Below are positions 9,562-18,544 of a stretch of 38,033 nt of DNA, one piece after another. The DNA is from Candidatus Nanohalobium sp. (lineage in GTDB: Archaea > Nanohalarchaeota > Nanosalinia > Nanosalinales > Nanosalinaceae). Numbering within the stretch: position 1 is the first letter of the stretch; each line of letters begins with the position of its first letter. The notes beneath the pieces were generated by a model. The model was not told where the DNA came from and did no database searches. It worked only from the letters and a program-made list of their open reading frames with translations. The DNA is taken from contig JBDGSM010000013.1 in the NCBI GenBank assembly GCA_042217545.1, forward strand, positions 1-38,033, given 5' to 3'. A program made the position numbers and the translations under genes.

Positions 9562-11776
9562 CGACGAAGAGGAGCTCGAGATAGAGGAGAAGATAGAGCA
9601 GAACCTTGCGGAGATAGAGGAGGCCTCAGAATCTTCCGGAGAAGAGGAAAAAGAGGAAGAGGCCTCTGAAGAAGATCAGGGAGAAGCCTCGGAGGATCAA
9701 GATGTTGAAGACGTTTCTGAAGAGGAGTTCGATATAGTTGAATCGGCAGATGAAGGGGAGGATGAGGACGAAAGCTCCGAAGACGGAGAAGAAGATGATT
9801 TCAGTGTCGTGGAGTCAGGAACTGACGCAGAGGAGGATCGAGACGACCAGGTCGAAGAAGAGAGCGACGAGGCTGGCTCCGAGGAGGAATTCGATCTTGT
9901 AGAATCCGATGACTACGACGAGAAAGAAGATGACGAGGACGAAGAGGAGGAAACGGCTGAAGATGATGTCGAATCTGAAGAGGAAGGATCTGGCTCAAGT
10001 ATAATCGAAAGCAGCTCCATAGACGATATAGAAGAAGAGGAAGAAGACGGTGAGGCCTCTGAAGAAGGTGAATCGGATGATGAAACCGACTCCGAGGATG
10101 AGGAAGAAGATGAGATTGAAGGCCTTGAAGGAGATGAGATCCCTGAAGAGGTTGAGATAGATGGAGGAAAAAATGAGATAGAGGTTGAAGATGCTGAGGA
10201 CGAAGAAATACCTGAGGAGGACAACGAGAACGTTGAATATGGTGAGCCACCTCTTGACGAGGTCCACCAAACCTACAAGGTAGATGCCGACCAGGTACCT
10301 GCTAAGATCATGATCGGAGATAAGAAAGATGAGTATGTTCCGATTTACTATATTAACAGGCCTCAAATCAGTCTGGGTACGGAGGCCTTTGTGCAGAATG
10401 TTAAGCAACGTGTTATTAACAGTGTTGAGTTGACAAGAGATGAGTTCACGGATTCTGATGAGGTTGGAAAGGTTAAGCAGAAGTTCAGTGAGGAGGTAAG
10501 AACTCAGCTTGAGGACCTTCTGCCTGACTCCGATGAGAGGGCGCGTCAGATCCTTACAGGTAATCTTATCCATGACATGGTGGGTCTTGGGGACATAGAG
10601 ATCCTTTTGAATGATCCAAGGCTAGAAGAACTGGTTGTCAACAGTGCTGACGAGCCTACGTGGGTTTATCACCAGGAACACGGCTGGTTGAAGTCCAATC
10701 TCACTTTCAAGGATGAAGAGGAGATCTACAATTACTCCTCGGAGATCGCCAGACGTGTGGGAAAGAATATTTCATCGCTTGACCCGCTTCTGGATGCTCA
10801 CCTGCCTACTGGAGACCGTGTCAACTCCACTATCCAACCTATATCGACTCATGGAAACACTATTACAATCCGTAAGTTCGCCAGGGATCCCTGGACGATC
10901 ATAGACTTTATCAAAAACGGTACTATCAACAAGGAGGTCGCGGCATTTCTCTGGCTCTGTTTGCAATACGAACTCTCCGTCCTTGTATCCGGAGGTACAG
11001 GTGCCGGAAAGACCTCGCTTCTGAACGTGTTGATGCCTTTCATCCCGCCAAGTCAGAGAGTAATATCCATCGAGGACACCAGAGAGGTCCAGCTACCTGA
11101 TTTCCTTCACTGGGTGCCGTTGACAACCAGGGAGGCAAACCCTGAAGGCAAGGGAGAGATCTCAATGCTTGACCTCCTTGTTAACTCGCTTCGTATGAGG
11201 CCTGACAGGATCCTGGTCGGAGAGATCCGTAAAAAGCGGCAGGCAGAAGTCCTGTTTGAGGCTATGCATACAGGACACTCGGTCTACTCCACCCTGCACG
11301 CGGATACAGCGGAGCAGACAGTGCAGCGCCTGCTTAATCCTCCTATCGATGTTGCAGAGCAGATGGTGAAGTCTGTTGACGTGAACGTGGTCATGTTCCG
11401 TGAACGCAGGAGGAACTTCAGACGTGTCTTCCAGGTCGCCGAGGTCTCTAAATCCGGTTACAAGAGAGGCGGAGAGACAGAGCTGGGCGCGAACGTCATC
11501 TATAGCTGGGACTCGGAGGAAGACGAGATCAAGAAGCAGAGGGAATCCAGCGAGATCGTGGAGAAGCTTAAACTGCACACGGGCATGGATCGTGGAGAGA
11601 TCTTTGACAATATCGACAACAAGAAGGAAGTACTTCAGTGGCTCGTGGACAACGAGGTAACTGATGTAGAGGAGGTCGGAAAGATCATCGCACAGTACTA
11701 CAGCGCCGAAGACCAGGTCATCAATATGGCGAAGAATGACGAAGACCCACAGCAGATCGTGGAGCAGTACGAGTGA
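9554..11776 (+). CDS. Type IV pilus assembly ATPase (VirB11/TadA/FlaI family) with ~230-aa acidic N-terminal extension
   Basis: GGTGAGKT, Asp box SIEDTRE, LRMRPDRILVGEIR, His box HTGH...STLH. Confidence 0.93.
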   Translation: MSDDEEELEIEEKIEQNLAEIEEASESSGEEEKEEEASEEDQGEASEDQDVEDVSEEEFDIVESADEGEDEDESSEDGEEDDFSVVESGTDAEEDRDDQVEEESDEAGSEEEFDLVESDDYDEKEDDEDEEEETAEDDVESEEEGSGSSIIESSSIDDIEEEEEDGEASEEGESDDETDSEDEEEDEIEGLEGDEIPEEVEIDGGKNEIEVEDAEDEEIPEEDNENVEYGEPPLDEVHQTYKVDADQVPAKIMIGDKKDEYVPIYYINRPQISLGTEAFVQNVKQRVINSVELTRDEFTDSDEVGKVKQKFSEEVRTQLEDLLPDSDERARQILTGNLIHDMVGLGDIEILLNDPRLEELVVNSADEPTWVYHQEHGWLKSNLTFKDEEEIYNYSSEIARRVGKNISSLDPLLDAHLPTGDRVNSTIQPISTHGNTITIRKFARDPWTIIDFIKNGTINKEVAAFLWLCLQYELSVLVSGGTGAGKTSLLNVLMPFIPPSQRVISIEDTREVQLPDFLHWVPLTTREANPEGKGEISMLDLLVNSLRMRPDRILVGEIRKKRQAEVLFEAMHTGHSVYSTLHADTAEQTVQRLLNPPIDVAEQMVKSVDVNVVMFRERRRNFRRVFQVAEVSKSGYKRGGETELGANVIYSWDSEEDEIKKQRESSEIVEKLKLHTGMDRGEIFDNIDNKKEVLQWLVDNEVTDVEEVGKIIAQYYSAEDQVINMAKNDEDPQQIVEQYE

Positions 11777-11820
11777 AAAAGTACGCAGGGTTTAAAAATT
11801 TCGCAGATACCGACTGTAAC

Positions 11821-12000
11821 ATGACGAACTACAAGTTCTCCGGAAAGATCAACCTGGGAATCGAGGAACAACCATTCACAAGAGAAATCGAAGCAGAAAC
11901 CAAAAAACACGGCAAAGATAAACTCTACTCCCAGCTAACCAGCGAACACAACATCAGCAGAAGCAAGATCACAATCGAGGCAACGGAGGAAGAAGCATAA
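11821..12000 (+). CDS. rpl18a: 50S ribosomal protein L18Ae/LX (eL20)
   Basis: FTREIEA...LYSQLTSEHNISRSKITI motif; conserved position before pfdA-ftsY; TATA tttaaaaa at 11791, 30 nt upstream. Confidence 0.88.
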   Translation: MTNYKFSGKINLGIEEQPFTREIEAETKKHGKDKLYSQLTSEHNISRSKITIEATEEEA

Positions 12001-12001
12001 A

Positions 12002-12412
12002 ATGCCACAGGACCAGCAAAAAATGCAGCAATACCAGCAGATCCAGCAACAGATCCAGCAGATCCAGGAATATGTCGAACAGGTCGAAAAAAGCATTAAC
12101 AAAGTACAGGAAACATCTGACGCAGTAGAAGACCTTGAAGACGTCGAAGAAGGAAAAGAAATCCTCGCACCAATCGGCGCAGGATCATACGCAGTTGCAG
12201 AGATCAAAGAAACAGGAAAAGTAGTCACAAACATCGGAGGAGAAAACTTCGAGAAAAGAGAGACAGACAAGGCAACAGAACTCCTCTCACAGCAAAAAGA
12301 AGAACTCAAAGCAACCAAAGACCAGCTACAGACACAGCTACAGGAACTACAGGAGCAAATGCAGGGCCTGCAGCAGGAACTCCAGCAACAAGCAATGGAA
12401 GAGGAGGAATAA
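12002..12412 (+). CDS. pfdA: Prefoldin subunit alpha
   Basis: Coiled-coil arms around EILAPIGAGSY...VVTNIGG beta-hairpins; synteny. Confidence 0.92.
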   Translation: MPQDQQKMQQYQQIQQQIQQIQEYVEQVEKSINKVQETSDAVEDLEDVEEGKEILAPIGAGSYAVAEIKETGKVVTNIGGENFEKRETDKATELLSQQKEELKATKDQLQTQLQELQEQMQGLQQELQQQAMEEEE

Positions 12413-12446
12413 AGGCCTCTAAGGCCTTCCCAGAGGGTGAAGCAAT

Positions 12447-13340
12447 ATTCTAGAGAAATTCAAGGAATCAGTTAAGGATTTCTCCGAGGACGTGAAGTCC
12501 GCGGTCGCGGAGAAGGAACTGGATGAGGAGACACTGGATCCTCTTCTCGAAGAACTGAGGCTTAAACTGCTTCAAAACAATGTTTCACTGGCCGCTACGG
12601 AAGCGATAGAAGATGAACTGCGTGAAACGCTTGAAGGCCGAGAAGTAAAACGTGGCAAAGCCGAGGAAGTTGTTGAAGAAGCACTGAGGGAAGTCCTGCT
12701 CGAACTACTAGACGACAGCTTCGATCTGGCCCATGCACTGGACGAGGCCTCTGAGCCACCGACGATCTTTCTCATGGGCTTCAACGGCTCTGGAAAGACA
12801 ACGACAGCTGGAAAAATGGGCTCGATGCTTGAAGGCCTTGGAGAGGAAGTTGTTCTCGGCGCAGGAGACACTTTCCGTGCAGCATCCATCGAACAGCTCG
12901 AAGAACACGGCGAAAATATCGGTTCAAAGGTTGTAAGCCATGACTACGAATCCGACCCGGCCGCGGTCGCCTATGACGCTGTCGAACACGCTGATAACGA
13001 GGGAAAGATTGCGATAATAGATACTGCCGGCAGAAGCCATAGTGATGAAAACCTGATGGGAGAACTGGAGAAGATGATCCGTGTCAACGAACCTGACATC
13101 TCCTTCCTCGTAGTCGATGCTCTCGCAGGAAACGACGTACTTGAACAGGCAGAGGCCTACGAAGGCATGTTCGACGCCGTCATAGTTGCCAAGATGGATG
13201 TGGACGAAAACGGAGGAGCGATAATCTCCATCAGCCAGAGATCAGGAAAACCTGTTGCCTACCTCGGCACAGGACAGGACTACGGCGACATAGAGGAGTT
13301 CGACAAAGAGGAGTTTGTCGACTCCATTCTTAAGGATTAG
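12447..13340 (+). CDS. ftsY: Signal recognition particle receptor FtsY (probable ATT start at 12447)
   Basis: GFNGSGKTTT, DTFRAAS, DTAGR, AKMD; the frame stays open upstream of GTG 12492 to ATT 12447, which follows the SD GAGGGTGA. Confidence 0.93.
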   Translation: MLEKFKESVKDFSEDVKSAVAEKELDEETLDPLLEELRLKLLQNNVSLAATEAIEDELRETLEGREVKRGKAEEVVEEALREVLLELLDDSFDLAHALDEASEPPTIFLMGFNGSGKTTTAGKMGSMLEGLGEEVVLGAGDTFRAASIEQLEEHGENIGSKVVSHDYESDPAAVAYDAVEHADNEGKIAIIDTAGRSHSDENLMGELEKMIRVNEPDISFLVVDALAGNDVLEQAEAYEGMFDAVIVAKMDVDENGGAIISISQRSGKPVAYLGTGQDYGDIEEFDKEEFVDSILKD

Positions 13341-13376
13341 GTCAATCTTATAAATACCGGGATAAATTGATTTGAT

Positions 13377-14384
13377 ATGGATATTGCTAATTCTCCAATC
13401 AGCAAGTATTCTTTAGTTCTTGTAATAGGCTTATTAGCAGGAGGCTTGGGCGTTCAAACAATGCAATCAAGCTCTAATGCTGGAGGAAAGAACTTAGGTA
13501 ATCCTGAATGGGCAGCTAATAATTCCAGCGAGGCCTACAAACCTGTCAGCTTTAATTGGTTCTCCCCAAAAGCTTCTGAAACCTTTAATTCTTATAAAGC
13601 AGAGTTTAAATTTGACGTAGAAACCCAAAAGGAAGGGAACGCTACACTTTATGTTGAAGGAGAAAAAAGGTTTACCAAACACCTGGATCCGGGATTAAAT
13701 TTAGTTAAAAAGGAAATATCTTTCAGCACTGAAGGCACCAAAAATTACAGGTTGAAAGTTATATCAAACGGTAAAAATTTTGAAAAAACAGGTTCTTTTA
13801 CTGTTAAGGAGTCTTTACCTCCATTAAAGATCAACATTGAGAACCCAGAGGAGGGCATGAAGTTAGACTCTCACGGGTTAAATATTGAGTTTTCTGTAGA
13901 TTCGACGGAAAAATTTAGATATAGTGTCAAGCTGGACGGTAGAGAACTGAAGAGTCTTTCATTGCTGCCATCTCAGGGAGAATCTTTAAAGGCAGATGCT
14001 ATCTGCGTTTCAAAAGGTCAACATGACCTAAAAATAATAGTAAAGGGAAAGGAAAGCGGTAGAACTACACAGAAATCCATAAGCTTTGAAACTACAGAAA
14101 AACAACCTATAGCCGAAATTGATTTCCTAAATCCTAAAGAAGGGACTATAGTTAGTAGCCCCGTAGACTTTGGCTATAAGATAAAGGCGTGTGAGAACGT
14201 TCAATTCACTGTATCTACATCAGATACTCAACTTGAATCGGGCAGTATAGATAAAGGTGACTCACATTTCCCTCCTAAAAGTCTTCATCCAGAAATAGAG
14301 GCAGGGAACAAAACATTGACAGTAAGTGTCTCAAAAGGCTCTAGAACATTTGAAAGAAAGATCAATTATGAGGTGGAAAACTGA
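13377..14384 (+). CDS. Membrane-anchored or secreted protein with about 3 Ig-like beta-sandwich repeats
   Basis: N-terminal hydrophobic anchor; repeated units beginning FNWFSPK, INIENPEEG and IDFLNPKEG; TATA cttataaa about 30 nt upstream. Confidence 0.65.
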   Translation: MDIANSPISKYSLVLVIGLLAGGLGVQTMQSSSNAGGKNLGNPEWAANNSSEAYKPVSFNWFSPKASETFNSYKAEFKFDVETQKEGNATLYVEGEKRFTKHLDPGLNLVKKEISFSTEGTKNYRLKVISNGKNFEKTGSFTVKESLPPLKINIENPEEGMKLDSHGLNIEFSVDSTEKFRYSVKLDGRELKSLSLLPSQGESLKADAICVSKGQHDLKIIVKGKESGRTTQKSISFETTEKQPIAEIDFLNPKEGTIVSSPVDFGYKIKACENVQFTVSTSDTQLESGSIDKGDSHFPPKSLHPEIEAGNKTLTVSVSKGSRTFERKINYEVEN

Positions 14385-15805
14385 TGAAAAAACTATTCAC
14401 GTTCGCAACTCTAAGTATTCTATTAATCTCATCAACTCTAGCAGCTACTACTAACTGGAAAGGACCTGAAGACTGGGATAACCTACTTCTAAGCAATGGA
14501 GTAGCTCACGAGGCCGTCTCACACACAGACCACAGCAATGAATCAAATATCAGAAAAGGTTATACGGTTAGCAGAGCATCCAGCAATCTTGAAGCATACT
14601 TAAGGTTTGATCAAAACGTTGCAGGGACTGGAGGAACAGCTGTAGATAGTTCCGGAAATAACAATGATGGAGTATACAAAAATGTTACTACAGGAGTAAA
14701 AGGTCTTTTAGGCACAGATGCAGCAAAATTTGATGGAGACACAAGTTACATTCCATTAGGTAATCTTGTTTATGATACTCAAGGAGGTATTTCGGAGATT
14801 ACTGTCTGTGCATGGGTTAAATCTTCTAAAGGTACTAACAAATATGGAAATTTCATAGCATCCTATGATAGGAGTGAATACTGGAGACTTGCTTTTGAAG
14901 ATGATGTTAACACTCATATAGGATGGGATACAACTGATTCAACTGGTAAAACTCATGACTTAGGTACTCCATCTGGTTATGCTGATGGAAATTGGCATTA
15001 CATTTGTGGCTGGTTTAAGGCCGGTGCCTCTCCTGACAAAAAGATTTTTGTTGATGGCCAAGTTGTTGCGTCAGCGACCGCACATAATGGACATAACCTT
15101 GGTACTGGGACAACTAGGTATGGCTTTATCGGAGCTGGTTCAGAGGCCTCAAGCTTTGATGGACAACAGGGCCAGGGTAATAATCCAGAGTTCAAAGGTA
15201 AGATTGAAGATTTCAGGATCTACAATAAAGCATTAAGCCTTAGTAAGGTACAAAACCTCTATGAAGTAGCTAAGAAGCCGTCAAACTTTACAACATCCTA
15301 CAAATCTTTCTCAAAACAAATAAACACTTCTACATTGCGGCTTGAAGGCCTAAAATATGATCTTAATGGAGGGAGTATTGATCTAGTGGTTTCCAGTGAT
15401 AATGGGTACACGAGTGATCAGATAACGCTTGATGGTAGTACTAGTTATGAAGTAACAGGATTGAGCGGCGTGGCAGATAAATTCCGGCTTGAAGTAGATG
15501 TTTCTTCACCTACGGTTTCAGATACTCCGGTTCTGAAGAAAGCCGTATTATCAGGCAAACCTTACAACGTCACATTCACCTGGAGCGATGACAGTTCTAA
15601 GGAGAAAGGCTTCAGAATATATAACAATGCATCTCCAAATACCGATAAATTCGTTAAAGTGGCAGAGGTGGACAAGAACAAAGAGAAGATTGTTCATTCG
15701 GGGGGATTTCTTCAACCAGGTAAATATGTCTGTTATAGGGCTAAGGCCTTTAATTCAGTAGGCCTATCAGGGTATACAGAGGCCTGTACCACACTTTCGA
15801 AATAA
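14384..15805 (+). CDS. Secreted LamG/concanavalin A-like domain protein with C-terminal FN3-like domain
   Basis: Signal peptide; DSSGNNNDG, ITVCAWVK, GNWHYICG, IFVDG and FKGKIEDFRIYNKAL (LamG3); FTWSDDS..EKGFRIY and YRAKAFNSVG (FN3). Confidence 0.85.
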   Translation: MKKLFTFATLSILLISSTLAATTNWKGPEDWDNLLLSNGVAHEAVSHTDHSNESNIRKGYTVSRASSNLEAYLRFDQNVAGTGGTAVDSSGNNNDGVYKNVTTGVKGLLGTDAAKFDGDTSYIPLGNLVYDTQGGISEITVCAWVKSSKGTNKYGNFIASYDRSEYWRLAFEDDVNTHIGWDTTDSTGKTHDLGTPSGYADGNWHYICGWFKAGASPDKKIFVDGQVVASATAHNGHNLGTGTTRYGFIGAGSEASSFDGQQGQGNNPEFKGKIEDFRIYNKALSLSKVQNLYEVAKKPSNFTTSYKSFSKQINTSTLRLEGLKYDLNGGSIDLVVSSDNGYTSDQITLDGSTSYEVTGLSGVADKFRLEVDVSSPTVSDTPVLKKAVLSGKPYNVTFTWSDDSSKEKGFRIYNNASPNTDKFVKVAEVDKNKEKIVHSGGFLQPGKYVCYRAKAFNSVGLSGYTEACTTLSK

Positions 15806-15816
15806 GGGTGGATAAA

Positions 15817-16443
15817 ATGCTTCATAGAGCTTTTAATAGCAAAAAGAAGGCTCAAGCCGCTATAGAATATCTAATGACTTATGGGTGGGCAATCCTAGTT
15901 GTAACTATAGTGGCGGGAGCTATTTTTTCTTTTGTAGGTCAAAGATGTACAAGGACAACGTCGGGGTTTATTGGCGGCGATGTTGAACCTGTAGATTTTG
16001 GTTTGAATGATCAAAAGCATATTGCTGTTGAGCTAAGAAATAAGGCATCAGATCCTGTCATCATTGAAAATATCTCAATAGGTTATCCGTATAATGAGAC
16101 AGTGGATCGTTCTATATCAGTTGGAGAATCCAGCGTTGTAGAGATAGCTCAAGGCTTTCATAAAACTGGAGGGGGGTGTGAGGAACTTAATATGAAGGTT
16201 GAATACAGAGTTCAAGGGGGGATTAATGGTACAGAAGAGGGCGTTATGACCGCTCCATTTGTCCTTGGATATAAAAGAGCCCCAAGCCCTCCTAATGGCT
16301 CTTTCCTAACCACTTCTCAGATTCAGGTGGATTACTCCCAGCAACCTCAACAACCTAATGGTTCTTTCCTGACAACGAAGCCTCTCAGTGTAGATTATTC
16401 ACAGATACCATCTTCACCAAGTGGAGCAAATATTGCCAGTTAA
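15817..16443 (+). CDS. Type IV pilin-like protein (class III signal peptide) with C-terminal tandem repeats
   Basis: KKKA/QAAIEYLMTYGWAILVV class III signal with E+5, typical of DPANN pilins; alternative start GTG 15808. Confidence 0.85.
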   Translation: MLHRAFNSKKKAQAAIEYLMTYGWAILVVTIVAGAIFSFVGQRCTRTTSGFIGGDVEPVDFGLNDQKHIAVELRNKASDPVIIENISIGYPYNETVDRSISVGESSVVEIAQGFHKTGGGCEELNMKVEYRVQGGINGTEEGVMTAPFVLGYKRAPSPPNGSFLTTSQIQVDYSQQPQQPNGSFLTTKPLSVDYSQIPSSPSGANIAS

Positions 16444-16481
16444 TGTCTAATTAAAGCTAAAGCCATCTCACAAAGAATTGA

Positions 16482-16748
16482 TCAAGTAGGTAGCTCCACA
16501 GCTCCGGCATGTCCCTGATCATCCAGATTATAGAAATGAACGTTAGGTTGCTGTGCAAATTTTTCAGCGTAATATCGTTTTCCCGATAATCCATTATTCG
16601 TAATACAGGTATCTGTTCCTTCAAAACTACTCATTATATCTGTAGGATTTTCGAGTAACTGAACTTCGTAATCCAGAGGATCTAAACAGCTGTCTTCGTA
16701 TTGAGAGGCTGAAAAGCTATAATTATCTTCTCCGAGATTTAATCTCAT
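16482..16748 (-). CDS. Small hypothetical protein or gene remnant at the island edge
   Basis: 88-aa ORF filling the gap, with AT-rich island composition; no recognisable motif. Confidence 0.35.
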   Translation of the reverse strand: MRLNLGEDNYSFSASQYEDSCLDPLDYEVQLLENPTDIMSSFEGTDTCITNNGLSGKRYYAEKFAQQPNVHFYNLDDQGHAGAVELPT

Positions 16749-16793
16749 TATTCAAAACAAAAGAAATAGAGATATGTCTGTTTTGTAGGCCTT

Positions 16794-17135
16794 CTAGCTG
16801 TAGGCGGTCTGGTCATCCAGTCTCTTCTGCATGGACTCCTCAAGCTTCCTCAGCTTCGACTTCAGAGGCTCCATATCCTCATCAAAGCCGTCCATCTTCA
16901 CTTCTTTTCCATTACTTCTCTGCTGGACACGCTCCTTACGCATAGTGGACAGAAGATGATTCACCTCGGCAACCAGCTGCTCGTACTCCTTCATCTGGGC
17001 CTCGATGTAGGAGATCTCCTGGCCAAGCTCCTGTCTCAGCTCTTCTGTAACTTCCTCCTTCAACTCTTCTTTCATCTCCTCTTTATCCAGACCAAACTTC
17101 CTGCGGACCGTCCTGTAAAACTTCTCCATTCCCAT
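16794..17135 (-). CDS. Hypothetical coiled-coil protein
   Basis: 113 aa, E/K-rich heptads, host-like codon usage. Confidence 0.7.
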   Translation of the reverse strand: MGMEKFYRTVRRKFGLDKEEMKEELKEEVTEELRQELGQEISYIEAQMKEYEQLVAEVNHLLSTMRKERVQQRSNGKEVKMDGFDEDMEPLKSKLRKLEESMQKRLDDQTAYS

Positions 17136-17184
17136 AATTTCAACGACCTGTATTTACCTTTTCATCCTAAAAACTTTTAAGTTT

Positions 17185-17739
17185 TCAGGCCCTCGGATCC
17201 AGACCATCATCGCTCTCTGTAGGATCCTCCTCTCTAACCGCCTCAGGCACGACCACGCCATGCTCCACATACTGGTTCTCCTGGTAGAAACGACCCGTCA
17301 CACACCCCAGAGCTGCATCAAACTCGCCTGCAGACCCGATATCCGAAACATCCAAACCATAGCTCTCCAGCGCCTCATCACCGTCCACAGCCAGCTCCCT
17401 GGCAGAGATCTGGGGCTCAAAACGGATAAACTCAGGCTGAAGCCCTGTCTCATGCGTCAACTGAGCCTTCAAAGCATCCAGCCTCTTCACAAGCTTTTCC
17501 CTGTGAGAATTCGGCGTAAAAGTATAACCTGCATCCTGGAGCTCTTCCTCCTGCTTCGTCAACTCCTCCTGCGACTGCTCAAGGCCTACGTTCGCCGCCA
17601 CAATATCGGGCTCCTTCTCCTCGAACAGTTCGACAATTTCCTGGTTCTCATTCACCGAGAAACATTCAAGGCCTTCATCCAGGAATGCTACGAAGGACTT
17701 CCCCCCCACTTTATCCTTCAAGATCAGGCCTGCTATCAT
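17185..17739 (-). CDS. DUF429-like RNase H-fold protein, degenerate
   Basis: PDIVAANVGL, ELTKQEEEL, RFEPQIS and EFDAALG...G track the DUF429 pattern (IDAPL, R..E..L, E..P, DA). Confidence 0.5.
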   Translation of the reverse strand: MIAGLILKDKVGGKSFVAFLDEGLECFSVNENQEIVELFEEKEPDIVAANVGLEQSQEELTKQEEELQDAGYTFTPNSHREKLVKRLDALKAQLTHETGLQPEFIRFEPQISARELAVDGDEALESYGLDVSDIGSAGEFDAALGCVTGRFYQENQYVEHGVVVPEAVREEDPTESDDGLDPRA

Positions 17740-18544
17740 TTCTAACCCTCACCTTTCTATCATTCTCCTGATTTTCGAACTCCTTCAACGAACGGTTCTC
17801 CGAGGCAGCCCGGTAAACCTCACGCTCCTCAACAAGCCTTTCCACTCCAGTGAGGAAGTCATGCATCGCCTTGTTATACTCCTGAGGCTTTTCGTAGAAA
17901 CTGAAGCTTCCTGCATCTATCACACTCAGGTTAGCGCCTTCTATCCCACGGGCGCACTCCCTGCTGGAGAACCTGTCCTTCTTTGCATGAATTATCATCG
18001 ACTGCTTCACGGGCGTCCTTATCCTGTGGTTCTCAATAAAGCTGCGGTAATTACCGTAATTCAAAAGCTCGACATCATCTGTAAACTCTTTTACAACACT
18101 GTAATCTGTCATACTGGAGAAGAAAAACTTCTTTACAAGCTTGGGCTCCATACATCCCAGCCTGGAACCTATCCTGTAAATCTCCTCGGGTAAAGGCCTG
18201 TAACTATCTTTTACTCCTGTGAGCACGGTGGCGACAACGTTCTCGTTCTCCTCAAATGCCTGGACCAGAGTGTTTCCGGGTCCCTGGCCTATCAGTACTG
18301 CATTCTCGACCTCCTCCTGGCTCAGGACCTCTTCCAGAGCCTTCATCTGGTCGTCAAAACCCCTGTTACTCACTGTAGGACTGTAAGCGACGGTGTCAAA
18401 CTTCTTCGAGAAATACCTTAGCTGATGCTTCCACACCTTCGGCCCGAAAACACCAGGTGTAAAGACAAGCTGAACCCTGGAATCGGTACACGAATCAAGA
18501 TAATGCAGGTTCACATCTCCAACTCTCTTCAGCGAAAACTCCAT
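17711..18544 (-). CDS. Alpha/beta hydrolase-fold protein, probably non-catalytic
   Basis: LVFTPG...WKHQ, AVLIGQGPG at the nucleophile elbow, IIHAKKD, DAGSFSFYEKP at the His position. Confidence 0.75.
   Translation of the reverse strand: MEFSLKRVGDVNLHYLDSCTDSRVQLVFTPGVFGPKVWKHQLRYFSKKFDTVAYSPTVSNRGFDDQMKALEEVLSQEEVENAVLIGQGPGNTLVQAFEENENVVATVLTGVKDSYRPLPEEIYRIGSRLGCMEPKLVKKFFFSSMTDYSVVKEFTDDVELLNYGNYRSFIENHRIRTPVKQSMIIHAKKDRFSSRECARGIEGANLSVIDAGSFSFYEKPQEYNKAMHDFLTGVERLVEEREVYRAASENRSLKEFENQENDRKVRVRNDSRPDLEG

Larger units (their letters stand above)
13341..16790. other. Low-GC genomic island encoding cell-surface proteins
   Basis: Abrupt switch to AT-rich sequence and A/T-ending codons right after the ftsY stop, returning to host composition near 16790; no integrase or att repeat seen. 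Confidence 0.75.

Noticed and set aside
5335..10573. Long Ser/Phe/Leu-rich antisense ORFs
   Set aside because: Shadows of GAA/GAG-rich acidic genes on the opposite strand.
12002..12075. CAG-rich repeats at the pfdA start as an array
   Set aside because: They simply encode the Gln-rich coiled coil. No CRISPR array or spacer structure was seen anywhere in the window.
13341..16790. Provirus or integrative element
   Set aside because: No integrase, transposase, tRNA target or flanking direct repeat was found.
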